This document shows, piece after piece, positions 44,368 to 57,000 of a stretch of DNA of 64,000 nt. A program made the position numbers and the translations under genes. The notes below the pieces were generated by a model that saw only the letters and a list, made by a program, of their open reading frames with translations, was not told the origin of the DNA and did not search any database. The DNA comes from Botryllus schlosseri (Eukaryota), in NCBI GenBank assembly GCA_051294905.1, contig CM119381.1, forward strand, positions 992,001-1,056,000, in the 5' to 3' direction. Positions within the stretch are counted from its first letter, which is position 1. Every line of letters starts with the position of its first letter.

Positions 44368-45062
44368 TTTGCACTGCGTGTATGATAAGATCGAAAAGCT
44401 ATACCGCTGCTACCACCGATTCTACTATAATGTCTTTATTTTCATTTTTTACTTACATCGGTGCCGGGTGAATCATGAAATATATTAAGGCGTCATTGCA
44501 TTCTGTGTTTTAACATTTCGCTTATTATTCGCCAATAATATATTTGTAACAATTGTAATGATCGTAAGAAAAGTCGTAAGAAAAGCATCTGCGATAATGC
44601 TCATGTCTATCAAATAGCAACAGAAGCAACTTCTCAAATGTACACTGCCAGGGCCGAGGTGAATGTTGCAGATTGATGCACCACACATTGTTGTTTCTAC
44701 ATTCTCCTCACTGTTCATTGCAACGCATTGTAAATAATGTGTCTTTTGCATATAAAATTTGTCGATGGTTTATGAGTATTTCTAGATTTGGTCAAAAATC
44801 TCTCACGCAGTTAACGACCATTGAGTTTCTACGTATGCTGCATTTCACGCATCGGTGATTTACAGCTGAGCACGTAAGCCGCAGTTCCAAACGTAAAAGT
44901 GGACTTTGTTATTGAGTTACAAGTGTAGATTCGTATCCTATCGATATCAACAGTATATGTTAATCTCATCACAGCGACGCAGTCTGTTTTTCGGATAAAA
45001 ATAGTATTTACACTAGCCTGAGAAGACAGCGAAAACATTACTGCTGCGCGTCGGCCGTTGTT
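44368..45062. promoter_or_regulatory. Probable bidirectional promoter and 5' UTR region of MEMO1 and RIC1; includes a likely MEMO1 5'-UTR intron at 44456-44374(-)
   Basis: The divergent start codons are 695 bp apart. On the minus strand, a GTAAGT donor at 44456 pairs with a CACGCAG acceptor 6 nt before the MEMO1 ATG. Transcription start sites are not known. Confidence 0.6.
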
Positions 45063-48000
45063 ATGTATTTCCCTCTCGGTTGGCCAAGAACACTTTATCA
45101 ATGCGATGGCGGCTCTCCGATAAAATATGTGGCGTGCAATCGATATCGTATGCTGTTCGCGGTCCTGACCGACGAAGTCATAAGCGTATGGCATTGCAAG
45201 GTAAGTTCTACATTTCTCGTCTATTCCGTGGTCTAAATCAATTGGAGACAGTTCTGTATGTAATTTAATAATATACCTCAAATCCCCCGATTGAAATTAA
45301 CCAGAATATGTTCTGCTGACACTCGCCAGGGGTAATCGTCACACACAATATATTATTCAATTGTATAATGTAGTTCTGTACCTTCAATAGTATCTTGTTT
45401 TGTATTTGTGTCCTTTATTGAAATTTAGTTATATAGCCTAATCCAAATTGTTGATAGAAACGACTTTTGTGTAATATGCTCCTGGCCTGTATGGCTCGGC
45501 TTCACTGAGTCTGTTATATCAGCCTATGCTTGTCTGTATACCATGTTTTGCAGAATTGCATTTTTGTAATGCATGTTATCGATCGGCACAGTTGACAAAT
45601 CAACATTCTCTCTTTCTCTCTCTTGTAGCCATGTGTGGAGATTCTGAGGTATGAAAGAGGAAAGAAGTCCATTGCAGAGACTGGTCCAAACGCTGTGACA
45701 GAATGGAGACATGACAGCAGTATGCTGGCTGTTGCGGTTGGTATCTTCAATGCTTCAAATATGATTCTCATTCTGTGTTTACTGCGTAATTCTAAGTACT
45801 ATATAAACCCTTGGTAAGACCCTATCAGAGCTGGAAACATTAAAATTTTCAGCTTTTCCAAATTACATTGGAATTACTGAATTCCCAAAAACGCTGAAAT
45901 TGAATTCAATTCCGAATCACAAAGAAATGCAACTAAAATAAACTTCAGTTCATATCAAAGCAGAGTGGATTCTCGTAAGCCTGAGAATGACAAGTGTCTG
46001 TAACTCCAAAGTTGGCTCGTTTTTGTACTGCACAGTTCTTTTGCAACATTTTTAGGAAAAGCAAAAATTAGATTAGAATTAAAATCTCGATCATAGCGAC
46101 ACTTCTAAAATTAGATTATAATTAGATCCTGACGATGCAACACAATTTTTTATTTGGTTACCCATCAATGACTATATCCCTTGATGGCGCAACTGTATAT
46201 TTCAATATGTTTTTCAGACCACAGCCGGATACCTCTTGATATACCAGTTGGAGCAAGACGTGAAAGCTGAGAAGGGCGTCACTCTGTACGAATACCAGCA
46301 AAATAAGACCCCGCAAGGCGAAAACAACGACGGCGTCCCAGCGCTTCGTTTGTGTTTGAAAACGACTATAGAGTATGCAGCCCCGGTAGTCAGGTATTAC
46401 CGTTTGTGTGATATTGATCAGTTGTTTCTTTGAAATACTTGACGTATCCAATTTTGTTCAGCCTCTCTTGCGTCAGCGATGAGTTATTGATCGCCACCAG
46501 CAACGGCGAGTTGGAATTAATCCCGTGGTACGGACCGTTTGAGAAGAGAAAATTGATGAACGTTCAAGATATGACGTTTTCTGTTGATCTGCACAGTGCC
46601 GGTAGGATTGTTTAGGAGAATGCACGATAAAGATAGAGTTCTATACATTTGATTATCATCAGCCACACCAACTGGAAACTGGCCGATTCAAGTAATTTAC
46701 TGGTTGTTTATAAAAAAGATAAAAATATTTATGTTTAGGTCTGGGCTGAATGGTATAGCCTAGCCGAGTGATAGTATAAGGATAGATTGTCATTTCCACT
46801 CGCGTTTGGAGCTTTGTACCTAATGTTTCGTGTGCTGCGTTACAACCAATCGAGGTTTACAGCTTTCCGTAGCGTATGGTTACCATATTTTGGAAATCTG
46901 AAAAGAGGACACTTTTTCAAAATTTTCGGACTTGCAAAACCGAAGGCAAATCCGGAAAAAATGATGAATTTTTTACACGTCATGGACGGTTGACTAAAAA
47001 AAAAGAGGTCAACTCTCTCGCTCAGCGCCCAAAATACAGTTTTTCTTTCACATTTTCAGTGAAAAAAAGGTCAGCTTTCCGGCCCAAATCCCGAAGTATC
47101 GCTTTTTCCTTTCACGTTGGTTGACTAAATAAAAAAAGAGGTCAACTTTCCGGCCCAGCTCCAGAAATCACCGCCTGAGCGTTACTTCAGTGCTGATTTA
47201 CTGTATCTCATTCGAATTTTGCCCAATATTTAAGCAAAATTCTCAAAAAAGAGGCCATTTGGGCGTCCTCCGAGGACACTTTCAACAAAGTCGAAAAAGT
47301 GGACAAATCCTCTTAAAAGAGGACGTATGGTAACCCTACTGTAGTGGAAATCAGTATCAAAGCTGCAATTCTTCTTTATGAATGAAATGTTATTGGCAAG
47401 GAGCATATAATTTCAGTACTCGAAAAAATCTACTAGACTCGATCTTTACAATTAATACTAGATTCAGATTCGAGTAGCCTAATGGATTCATTTGTGCCCT
47501 GCGCTACTCAGAACTGATAAATATTTAGAAATTAACAAATGTCTAGTTTTCCAAGTCAAGTTTTCCTTGAATTTCTCTGCATTTGCAGGGTCTGCAATCC
47601 GTACAAAGCACCCGGTCTACATCGTGCAGCTGATTTACAGCCCTTGCCTGGAAGGATTTACGGCCGTTCTGAGCGACGGCCGGGCCGCATTGATATTCAT
47701 CACCAAGTCTAGCGACGAGAAGAGCAGGTCTTACGTATGGAAAGCCCACGGTATTTGGGCCAACGGCCTGTCGAAAGCGGTGTGCAGCGCGGTCAATAAT
47801 CGGTACAGGCTGATGGCGTTTGGAACGTGGAGGTGTGTTCTCATTGCTGTGATGACTTTTGTTAGATAGAGAGTGTGGACTAGAGTGGATGGGAGTCTGG
47901 TGAATTTTCAATACCATAATAAGGGTTCCCAACGTGTGGGCCATGAAAAAATTTGTAAAATAATATTTAAAAAAAATTTATCATCTCTCTGTCCACTCTA

Positions 48001-51000
48001 CTATAATTGTATCCACCAGTTTTTTTATTAAGCTACCAATTATAAAAAAAATTCGAAGGCTTGAGTTTTTTTTTTCAATTTTCAAAGGTTGACACAGTGT
48101 AATGAAAGGTTGGGAACCCCTGCTTTAAATGTTGCATTATAACTGGACCGGGGTCTTGAACAATTGTATAATTCTTCCGGTCTAATTGAACTAATTAAAA
48201 CCAAATACCGATAATCTGATTGTAATCTAATTTGTAAAATGTTTCTATGCTTTTGTTTCAATTGTAATTAATTTCTCGTTTTCTTGAAATGCTTCGGGAG
48301 AGCTGTCTAGTGCAAAACGAACTAAGCTTGGTGTGCAGACAATTGCCATTCTCGTCCTTGTGAAAATCAACTCTGGTTTGTTATGAACTGATTATGAATT
48401 TTGTTGTCTTTTTCTCTCTCATTTGAAATTGAAGTCAATTTCCTAGTTTTTTTATGTCATTCAGACTAACTCTGATCTAAGTTGGAAAAGTAGCAAATTT
48501 TCTCGCCCAATTGCTGCGTCCGAAGCATCCATAAGCAGAGTTGTGAAAAATTTGGTTTATCTTGACTAGGGGGATTTTTTTATTGACCTAAAAAACAGAA
48601 GATTTTGATCTAAAATATCCAAGTTTTGTCCTTAAAAAACTTAATTTGACCAAATTTTGACCTAACGTATGCAAATTAGGTGTTTTCCCACATAATGTTA
48701 GAATTGTACTACATATCTTCATTTTTGGTTCGAACTGTCTGACATTGCGAACTAGTTTGGCCTGAAAAACTTTTTTGACTCAAAAACTGACAAATCTTTA
48801 CATGAAAAAACTTTATTTTAGGGAAATCTGGCCTTGTGAAGAATTACAGTAGTTACATCACGTATTATGGAAGAAATAATTAAAATTTTCTGCAGTACAG
48901 CGAAAGATACTTTCCTACATTCTCGGGTAGAATGTGTCTGTCCTTACTAAGTAGCTTGTCAAGAATGGAGAAAGAACGTTCAACAGCAGCAGTTGTTGGC
49001 TGAGAACACTGAGGTTGTGTATACACTGCTGGTGACAAACCGTGTTGTTTCATTCTGAGAATCGTGTCACAATTTTTCATCATGCTCTTCTTGATATAAG
49101 AACCATGCAATGCTCACGCAGTCTTGCTTCAGTTGGGATATTGTGGTACGTTGAGGATAATACCATGTCAACCTATTTGTTTCATTTGAATGTTCGGGCT
49201 TCATAATGAGCAGACAATGGGTCGTCTACAACGGTAGGCCTATAAAGTAGGCTACTAGCTGTAAAATGTCAAATGATAAGTTCACCAACTGTGCAAAATC
49301 TACATTACAAACAAAATGCAGGTTGCAGAAATTTTGACTTTTTGAATAATTTGTACATTTCTTGACCTAACCATACAATTTGAACAAAATTTTGACTTTT
49401 TTGACATGTAAAAAAAATCGCCCTAATCATGAGTTAAACGCGAAAGAAAACAGTAAACATGATGACTTGGACTCGGAATTAAGTCTTAACACTGTGGCTC
49501 GGACTTGACTCGGTTGTAAGTTGAAAATGACTCGACCTGACTCGAGTCAAAACAATAGAAGTGAGATTGACTTGTGACTTGGTCACAACCCTGTTGTATC
49601 CCACAAAATTCTTATCTAATGGCCCTTTAGATTTACAAATGTATATCACTAAGCAGTAATCAGCTTGAGGAATTCGTAATCTAAAGAAGAGATGGGAAAA
49701 TGCTTGAGTGATGGTTTGTTTTGTAGAGGAAGCTGCGAAGTGTATAGCATGGACGATATGCAAGGATGCCTGCAACCCTCCCATCAAATGATGCTGTCGT
49801 CCAAGTACTATCCCGATGTCTACAAGAATACAGGTACAATGTAATGCGTGCATGGTTACTGGACATTGTTGTTCATTGCTGAATAATAGCGTTGTCCCGA
49901 AATAATATAAATTCTATTGGCTATTCATTAAAATTGTTAGGTTGGCTAAAACACGCTGCACACCAAATTTGGTTCGATTCCGAGTTGTATAAGCGAAGCT
50001 ATTAGAGTTGGATATTCGTTTTTTTAAATGAAAGTTTTCTTTTCCCATTTTACAGGTAACCCCATGAAATTGTTAACGTCGTCTAAAATGTCGATGTATG
50101 GCAAATTTGATTCCAATCCAACCCGTTGAAGCAAAGCTATTAGAGTTCAAAATTTTTGATTTGAAAAAGTAGTATTTGCAGTGGGAAATTCTTTGATTAA
50201 TTATTAATTATATTATAACTACCCACCGTGAAAAATATCATGTCAAATGGAAAATTTTGAACGCAAATCCAGGTCGGAACTGAAATAAATTCGGCGGGAA
50301 TCGTTTTTTTACCGAATAGCCATTAAAATTTGAAGAAAAAACTTACTGTATAAGATCTATAATGTGTACTTCTGACTCTTTTCAGGCTCCGTGCTCGATT
50401 TGCAATGGACTCCGGACGGCTGCGCGCTTGCCATGTCTTGGAATCACGGCGGATTCGCTATTTGGAGCGTTTACGGGTCGTGCTTGTATTGCACGCTCAG
50501 TGCAGACCACTCTTTCACCACCGATGGCGTCAGGAAACAGCAGTCGTTGTTTTATTCTATGGTAAATACGAATTAGAATTAAGGCAGATCAGTGGGCACA
50601 GGATTCGAGTGCTCGAATTTGAATGCATTTGAATTTGATACATGATGAAATTATTAGCTATAAATTTAATCAATCGCTAGACCCCTTAATTCTAATGATT
50701 CGAGTCAAGTGGTTAGACATGATTTTACTGAGATTTTAAGCTCCTTGTCACCAAGAGTTTGTTTATCAACTAGAATGATAGTTTGTATGCTATTTCCCAC
50801 TATGGCAGGCTTCGAAACATGTTGTACATAGCTATGTACCGTACGTTAGTAAAAATGACATTTCTGTGAAGTCTTGAACAATACACAGCTTTGTCAGAAA
50901 TTTCATATTCTAAATATTAGCCTAGTCTTTACGATGGTTAGTTCCATTTCCCACCAAAATTTTCAACCAAAATTTATGACTCTAATAACCAAGTTTGGTG

Positions 51001-54000
51001 TGCAACGCTTTTTTAGCCAACCTGACAATTCTAGACAGTAAAATTTGAAGAAAATGGTTAATTTTGTACAATCCTAAACAATCACGCTTTTAATTTTCAG
51101 TGTTGGGGTGCAGAAGGCTATCAGCTGTGGCTGATCCAAGAAACGAAAAAGCTCGATCAATTGAGCAGAGACGCTTCAAGCGAATCGGTCGATCGCGCCG
51201 CGGAACCCTTTGTAAAAAGCGACTCGGCTGACTCGGCGGGTCAAGGGTCGTCCTCGAGCGACGAGGCTTTTTCCCCGAAACCTGCCCCTTCTGGAAATCA
51301 AGAGAGCAATTTAACGGAAAGGGAATTCGTTCAAGTTGAATTTGCGAAAAGCGCGCTCACCATGAACCCGTGCTCGGTGAGTTTTTTCTTTGTCTGGTCA
51401 GTAACCAGACTAGTTCTAGTTCCTGATTTTCAAAAGCGAATTGTTGTAGTTCTGGTTGTATAGTTGACACATGTGAGTAGTTTTAGTAATATTTGGTAAT
51501 GCTGAAGTATGACGGACTCCATTTCTAGTTGAGTATAATAAAAAGCGTGTAGTTCTAGTTCTAGTTGCAGAGTTGGCAAATGAGTAGTTCTAGTGTTATT
51601 TGTGAATTTTGAAGTATGAGCAGTTCTATTTCTAGTTGTCTATAATAAAAAGCGTGTAGTTCTAGTTGCAGAGTTGACAAGTGAGTACTTCTAGTGTTAT
51701 TTGTGAATTTTGATGTATGAGTAGCTCCATTTCTAGTTGTGTATAATAGAAAGCGTGTAGTTCTAGTTCTAGTTGCACATTTTTGAAGGTTGCTCAAGTT
51801 GTAGATGCGAGTTTTGAAAAGGAGTATTTCTAGTTCATATTATAATCGCTTGTACAAGTCTAACCACGCGTATTTCTGGCAGGGCAACCAGTCTCACGTG
51901 ATCATCCAAGCGGAAGACCGCGTTTACGTCAGTTTCGGGGAGAACCGCTACACCAGTCTCATTTCCAGCACCTTTTACGACGAGAAAAAGAAGAAATACA
52001 TGTCAAAGACTTATATCGAGCCGGGTTCTCCCGGGAGAAGCTTTGAAAGCATCGTTGGAAATAAGCAATGGTCCGTCGTTCAACTGCCTACCAATTATCT
52101 GACTGGAAACTGGCCAATTCGGGTCAGTAATCGTTGCGTATAAAGAAGAGTTTTTTTCATTGCCCAAATCACTTTTGATTTTTGACCATTGACCATTCAG
52201 TTCTCTTCGATCGACAAAACCGGCAAGCTATTGGTGGTGGCCGGGAACTTTGGCATGGCGCACTTCTCGTTTCTGTCCAGAAAATGGAAGCTTTTCGGCA
52301 ACATCATGCAAGAGAAGGACATGGTGGTCACCGGCGGTCTGACCTGGTGGGACGGGCTTATCATCGTGGCGTGTTACAACTTGGTCGAAAATCAAGACGA
52401 GATCAGAATCTATCCGCATAATACGAATTTAGATAATGTCTTCTCTTGCGTCAAAAGAGTGCAATCTCAGGTCAGTGTGAGATAATTCTAGCTGTTTTTT
52501 GGTGTTCTTTTTGATTCGGAATTTGATTCAAGTTTCTTTTCAAGTCTTTGCAAATTCAGTAATTCTAATTCAAACCTAATTTGGAAAAAAATGTAGCTAT
52601 CATTCTAATCTTTGCTGCTATAATTCTAATCTGAGTTGGAAGAACTGTGTAGTTATAATTATTATGCTTATGAGATTGAACTCTAATTCGATGTGAACTC
52701 AATTTTTGTGACTTCAGATCTAACCTCGTTTGGAAAAGAGGTAGCTATCTAAATAATTGTAATCTAGTTGTCGAAGTCTGGCGTCATGTGGCAATGTAAC
52801 GATTTTCAATTCCGCTTCACGAAAATATATTTTAGATCCTTCTGATCAACGTTTATCTTGACCTGGTGATCACGTTTGACGCTACTTGCCACGTCAAGAT
52901 CTATCAACTACGCAAAGAAGATCGAATGTAAGTATTCCGTTATTTGTGGTGACTTGCAGAGCTTGTCAATGTTCTGAGCCTTAGTAGCCTACTGGCGTGG
53001 AAGTAGAAGTAATGTCGAAGAGTAACATACAGGGTTGTAATGACTCGAGTCGCAATTTTTTTGGTGTCTCGACTTGACTCGAGTCAATATTTCAAAGACG
53101 TGAAATGACTAGACTCGAGTCAATTTTGGGATTAAGCCCAAGTCAAAATTGTACATTAATCTCTACTTCTACGCAAGTAGAAGTTACACTTTCCAAGCTG
53201 ATTTTAGGACTCTTGCCTCATGTTCATTTCTCGTTATTTCAGGGAACATCCGAACGTGTCGCTGACGTTGGTGCGTGACATATCGATGCAACGTTACGTA
53301 CCTTACCCGTCGTTGGTCGTTTCCGTGATGATGGCTTCGTTGCATATGGAGAGTTCTGGTCGGAAACACTCCACCTCGACGCAGCACGAGACAGAAGTTC
53401 TCATCATCAACGTAGCAGGTACACAATTGCTAACGAATCGAGTTAATATACTGGGAGCCCCATGACAGTGTTAAGTTTTATAAAAGAACTATGCATAGAA
53501 AACTTTGCTCAATTCCAACTGGCAGAAGCGAAGAGAAAGACATGGTGTTCAAAATTTTCGATTTGAAATAATAGGATTTACGGTGGGTGGCTCAATAAAT
53601 TGAAGAATTTCCTACCGTAAACACTATATTTTTAAATCCAAAATTTGTACTCCAACCCCAGTGTGTATACCGTTGAATCCTGACACCGGACACTCCTTCC
53701 ACCGTTTTATTTGGCGAAAATGATCGGCAACGAAACAAAAGTCTAAACTGCATTTAAAAAACTCCTCTTAATTCTGACAATCTATGCTCAATTCGGACAC
53801 AGGCTCACAATTTCTATTGTTAGGTTATGTCACAAGAAACGTTTTAGCGCAATAATATGGTGAAAACAATAATGATGCATGCAGTAACCATCGACAGTGA
53901 ATTCATAAAAGGCGTGCCAGCTTCATAGTCACTTTTAATTGGGTACAATGCGTCCATCTTTTAGAGCAGAATGTTACAGAACAGCCTAAACGCTTGTTGC

Positions 54001-57000
54001 TTATAATTTCTACTGTTTTGTGGTGCACTTAATTAATACTATTTTAGTACTGTATCTTATGTGTGCGTGTTTCTTACGCTGTTACATAGAACACAGTATT
54101 TTTTGAAGTTTTGGTATTGAAATACTGCGCGATACAACTAACCCGAAGGATTAACTCTTGTGTGTTGTATGTGGTAGTGCCCATATCCAAATATGCAAAT
54201 CGAAACAGTATTTTTAATGACCAAATTTATACGCCCTTTGCGACTAAGTCTTGTTATTGTTTTTCCAACCATGGGTGCTTTAAATGCTATGCTTGGCGAG
54301 TGTTTATTATGCTGACTCCATAAGTTGTAATTAATAATTGATTCTGCGTGTTGAACTACGACTTGTTTTTTTCAGGGAGATTGCTTCTGTTGCAACACAG
54401 TCAAACCGAGGGCGCAAAACCGGGCGCTCGCGGAAAAGAATTGAATTTCGGCGCCCCCATCGTCCTTGCCTCGCAAGTTGAAAATCTGTGGGCGTCCGAG
54501 TATAAAAGCAGGTGATTTGAAAGCGTTTCCGCACCTAGGGCCGGGTGAAATCGAGTAGCGGTACCTGAGTTATTAGACTTAAAGCGGCAAAATTCGTGGC
54601 TCATATCGTACCAAATCAAAGTCTATCCTCACAAGCTCATGAATGGCAAATGTCTGTTTTACAGCAAGCTTGGCACGTTTTACATGATACAGTTCTCCTG
54701 TAGCATTTTCAGGATAACCAGAAATTGAATTATAACCCAAGTGAGAGCATGGACTTCAGAAATTACATTGGAATTAGATCACAGGCATTAGTCTAATAAC
54801 TAAGGCCATTTAAAGTCATTAAAGGCATATTTTTTTCTGTGCATCAGTAAGTCGTGAAATCAATTTTAACGCAAAAACGTCATCCCTATGAGGTATATTA
54901 AGAAAGTTATGAAGTCATATAAAGTCATATTTTGCTGATTAGATCATAAAAAGTTTCAAGGTCATATTTTTAGTTCTAAAGTCGTATTGTTGTATAGTTT
55001 AAATAAAAAGTACCAATTTAAGCAGTGAAGCAATCAAGCACTAAGAAAATAAGGCAGTTACTCGTTGGGGTAGCTGGCTGAATGCTGCTCAATATTATGC
55101 CGAGAGACTTACACAAATGAAAGAAATAGTCAACGCATGGGAAGGTGAAGGAGTTATTGTAAAAAGCATCAAAAATTCAGTCAACGATCAAAAGTTGACT
55201 AGTCAGTCAATTTACCTCCACTGTAACAATATTTCAAACTTAATACTGAAAATGGAAAGTTGTACGTACACCATCAGAGAGGCCCATGCTGATCTCAATC
55301 CCCCTGATTTCGGAAAAGATCCGTTTGAGCTCAAAAATTACTTTAAGAAGCAATTGGACAAAAGCGATGTGAAATAAATTATGGAGCTACAAAGACAAGA
55401 CATTTCACCAGCGCTTTATGCAAAACTGCAGAAGTGTCAATCCACATCAGCGTCTGTGGAGCGCTCATTTTCCTTACTAAAGTCATTTTTCGCCCAAATC
55501 GTAACTTCAAAGACTCTAACATTCCGCACTACATGAAACTGTACTACAACAATGGTTTAAAATAATAATGGGTGTGTATTACTGTTATGTTGCGTATGTT
55601 TTACTCTTCAGTTCCGTGGGTGACGTTGTTCCCATATAAAAATACACGATTTTCACCTAAAGTCATATATTCCCAAAAATAAAGTCATATTATTGATTTT
55701 TAAGATCATATAAAAATGGCCCTACTAATAACACATATAGAAATATCCAGCTGTACAAGTCTGCCAATGGTATGCGATGCAAATGACAATTCAAAATGCC
55801 TATTTTTCGCTCGCAGTCAAAAAGTTCACTTGACCGACGCGCTGTGGCTTTGCTGCGGTTCCGAGGGTCTGCGCGTTTGGATTCCGCTCTTCCCAGCCCT
55901 GAGACGGTCTCGATCCGGCGACATTGGAGATCACGACATGCAGGCGCTGCTGTCCAAACGCATCACTCTTGTGTTGGACATGGACTCATGTTACCCTCTT
56001 ACCGTGTTGTTCGAGAACGCAGTTGTTATCGGGGTGAAAAGTGAAACTGTAAGTTGGAATGCTGACTTGTTTTGTGCTTTTTCGATTTACCCACTAAAAC
56101 AGCAAAGCATTACCTAAACACGCATATTTGTGCAAACTAGTTAGTTGTCGGTCAATTAACTACCGTTTTTTTGACTCGTTCTAGTTCTAATTGTGTATTT
56201 AGGAAAGTAAGTAGTTCTAGTTCTAATTGCTTATTTTGAAAAGTGAAGAGTTCCATTTCTAGTGGCTAGATTGAAAAGTGAGTAGTTCTAGATTAGATCT
56301 AGTTTTAGTTCTAGTTGCGAGTTTTGAATAGGGAGTAGTTCTAGTTCTAGTTCTAGTTGCAGATCTCGAAAAGTGAGTAGTTCTAGTTCTAATTGCCCAT
56401 TTTAAAAGTGATCCGTGTCTAATTCTAGTTCTCGTTGTGTAATTTTAAACTGCAGTTATTTGTACAAGGCTGAGAACAGGCAACGGCCATGAATTCTGCC
56501 ATTGCCGAACATTTATTGGGCAATTCTATTCCAATCATTATATTGATATTGAAATAGACACGAATATTTTTGGCTGACACACGTCAGTGGTAATCGTCGG
56601 TAAGTGGTAGGGAATTTTAAACAACACTGTATATCAGCAATCGTGTCTCTAAGTATAACCTCACTGGCATGAACATGCTATTCATACTACTATTGTATAC
56701 TATTAATTGGATATATTAGTTCTGTACCCCTGAGATTCTCTTAAAACAGCAAACTTTTCAGTCATACAGCTTGCCCGGCGCAAAGCAAGAAGGAGATTTG
56801 GTGGAGTATCGTTTTCAATTTTCAACCCCGGAGCGAACTTGCGAGATCTACCTACACCAGGTTCAGATTGATTTCGTTTTCTCATTCATTTCTTTGCTTT
56901 TTCTTCGTTATAATTGGGATAAATTGATAGATTCTAGCACCCGTCTGATTTGCTGATTCCTGATTAGTAGGGTAAGTTTTTGTCGCAGTCAAACCCGTGG

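Noticed and set aside
50287-50298. AAATTCGGCGGG (KFGG), the CXXC signature peptide
   Set aside because: It lies in a RIC1 intron 13 kb beyond the CXXC1 stop with no flanking cysteines; a chance match.
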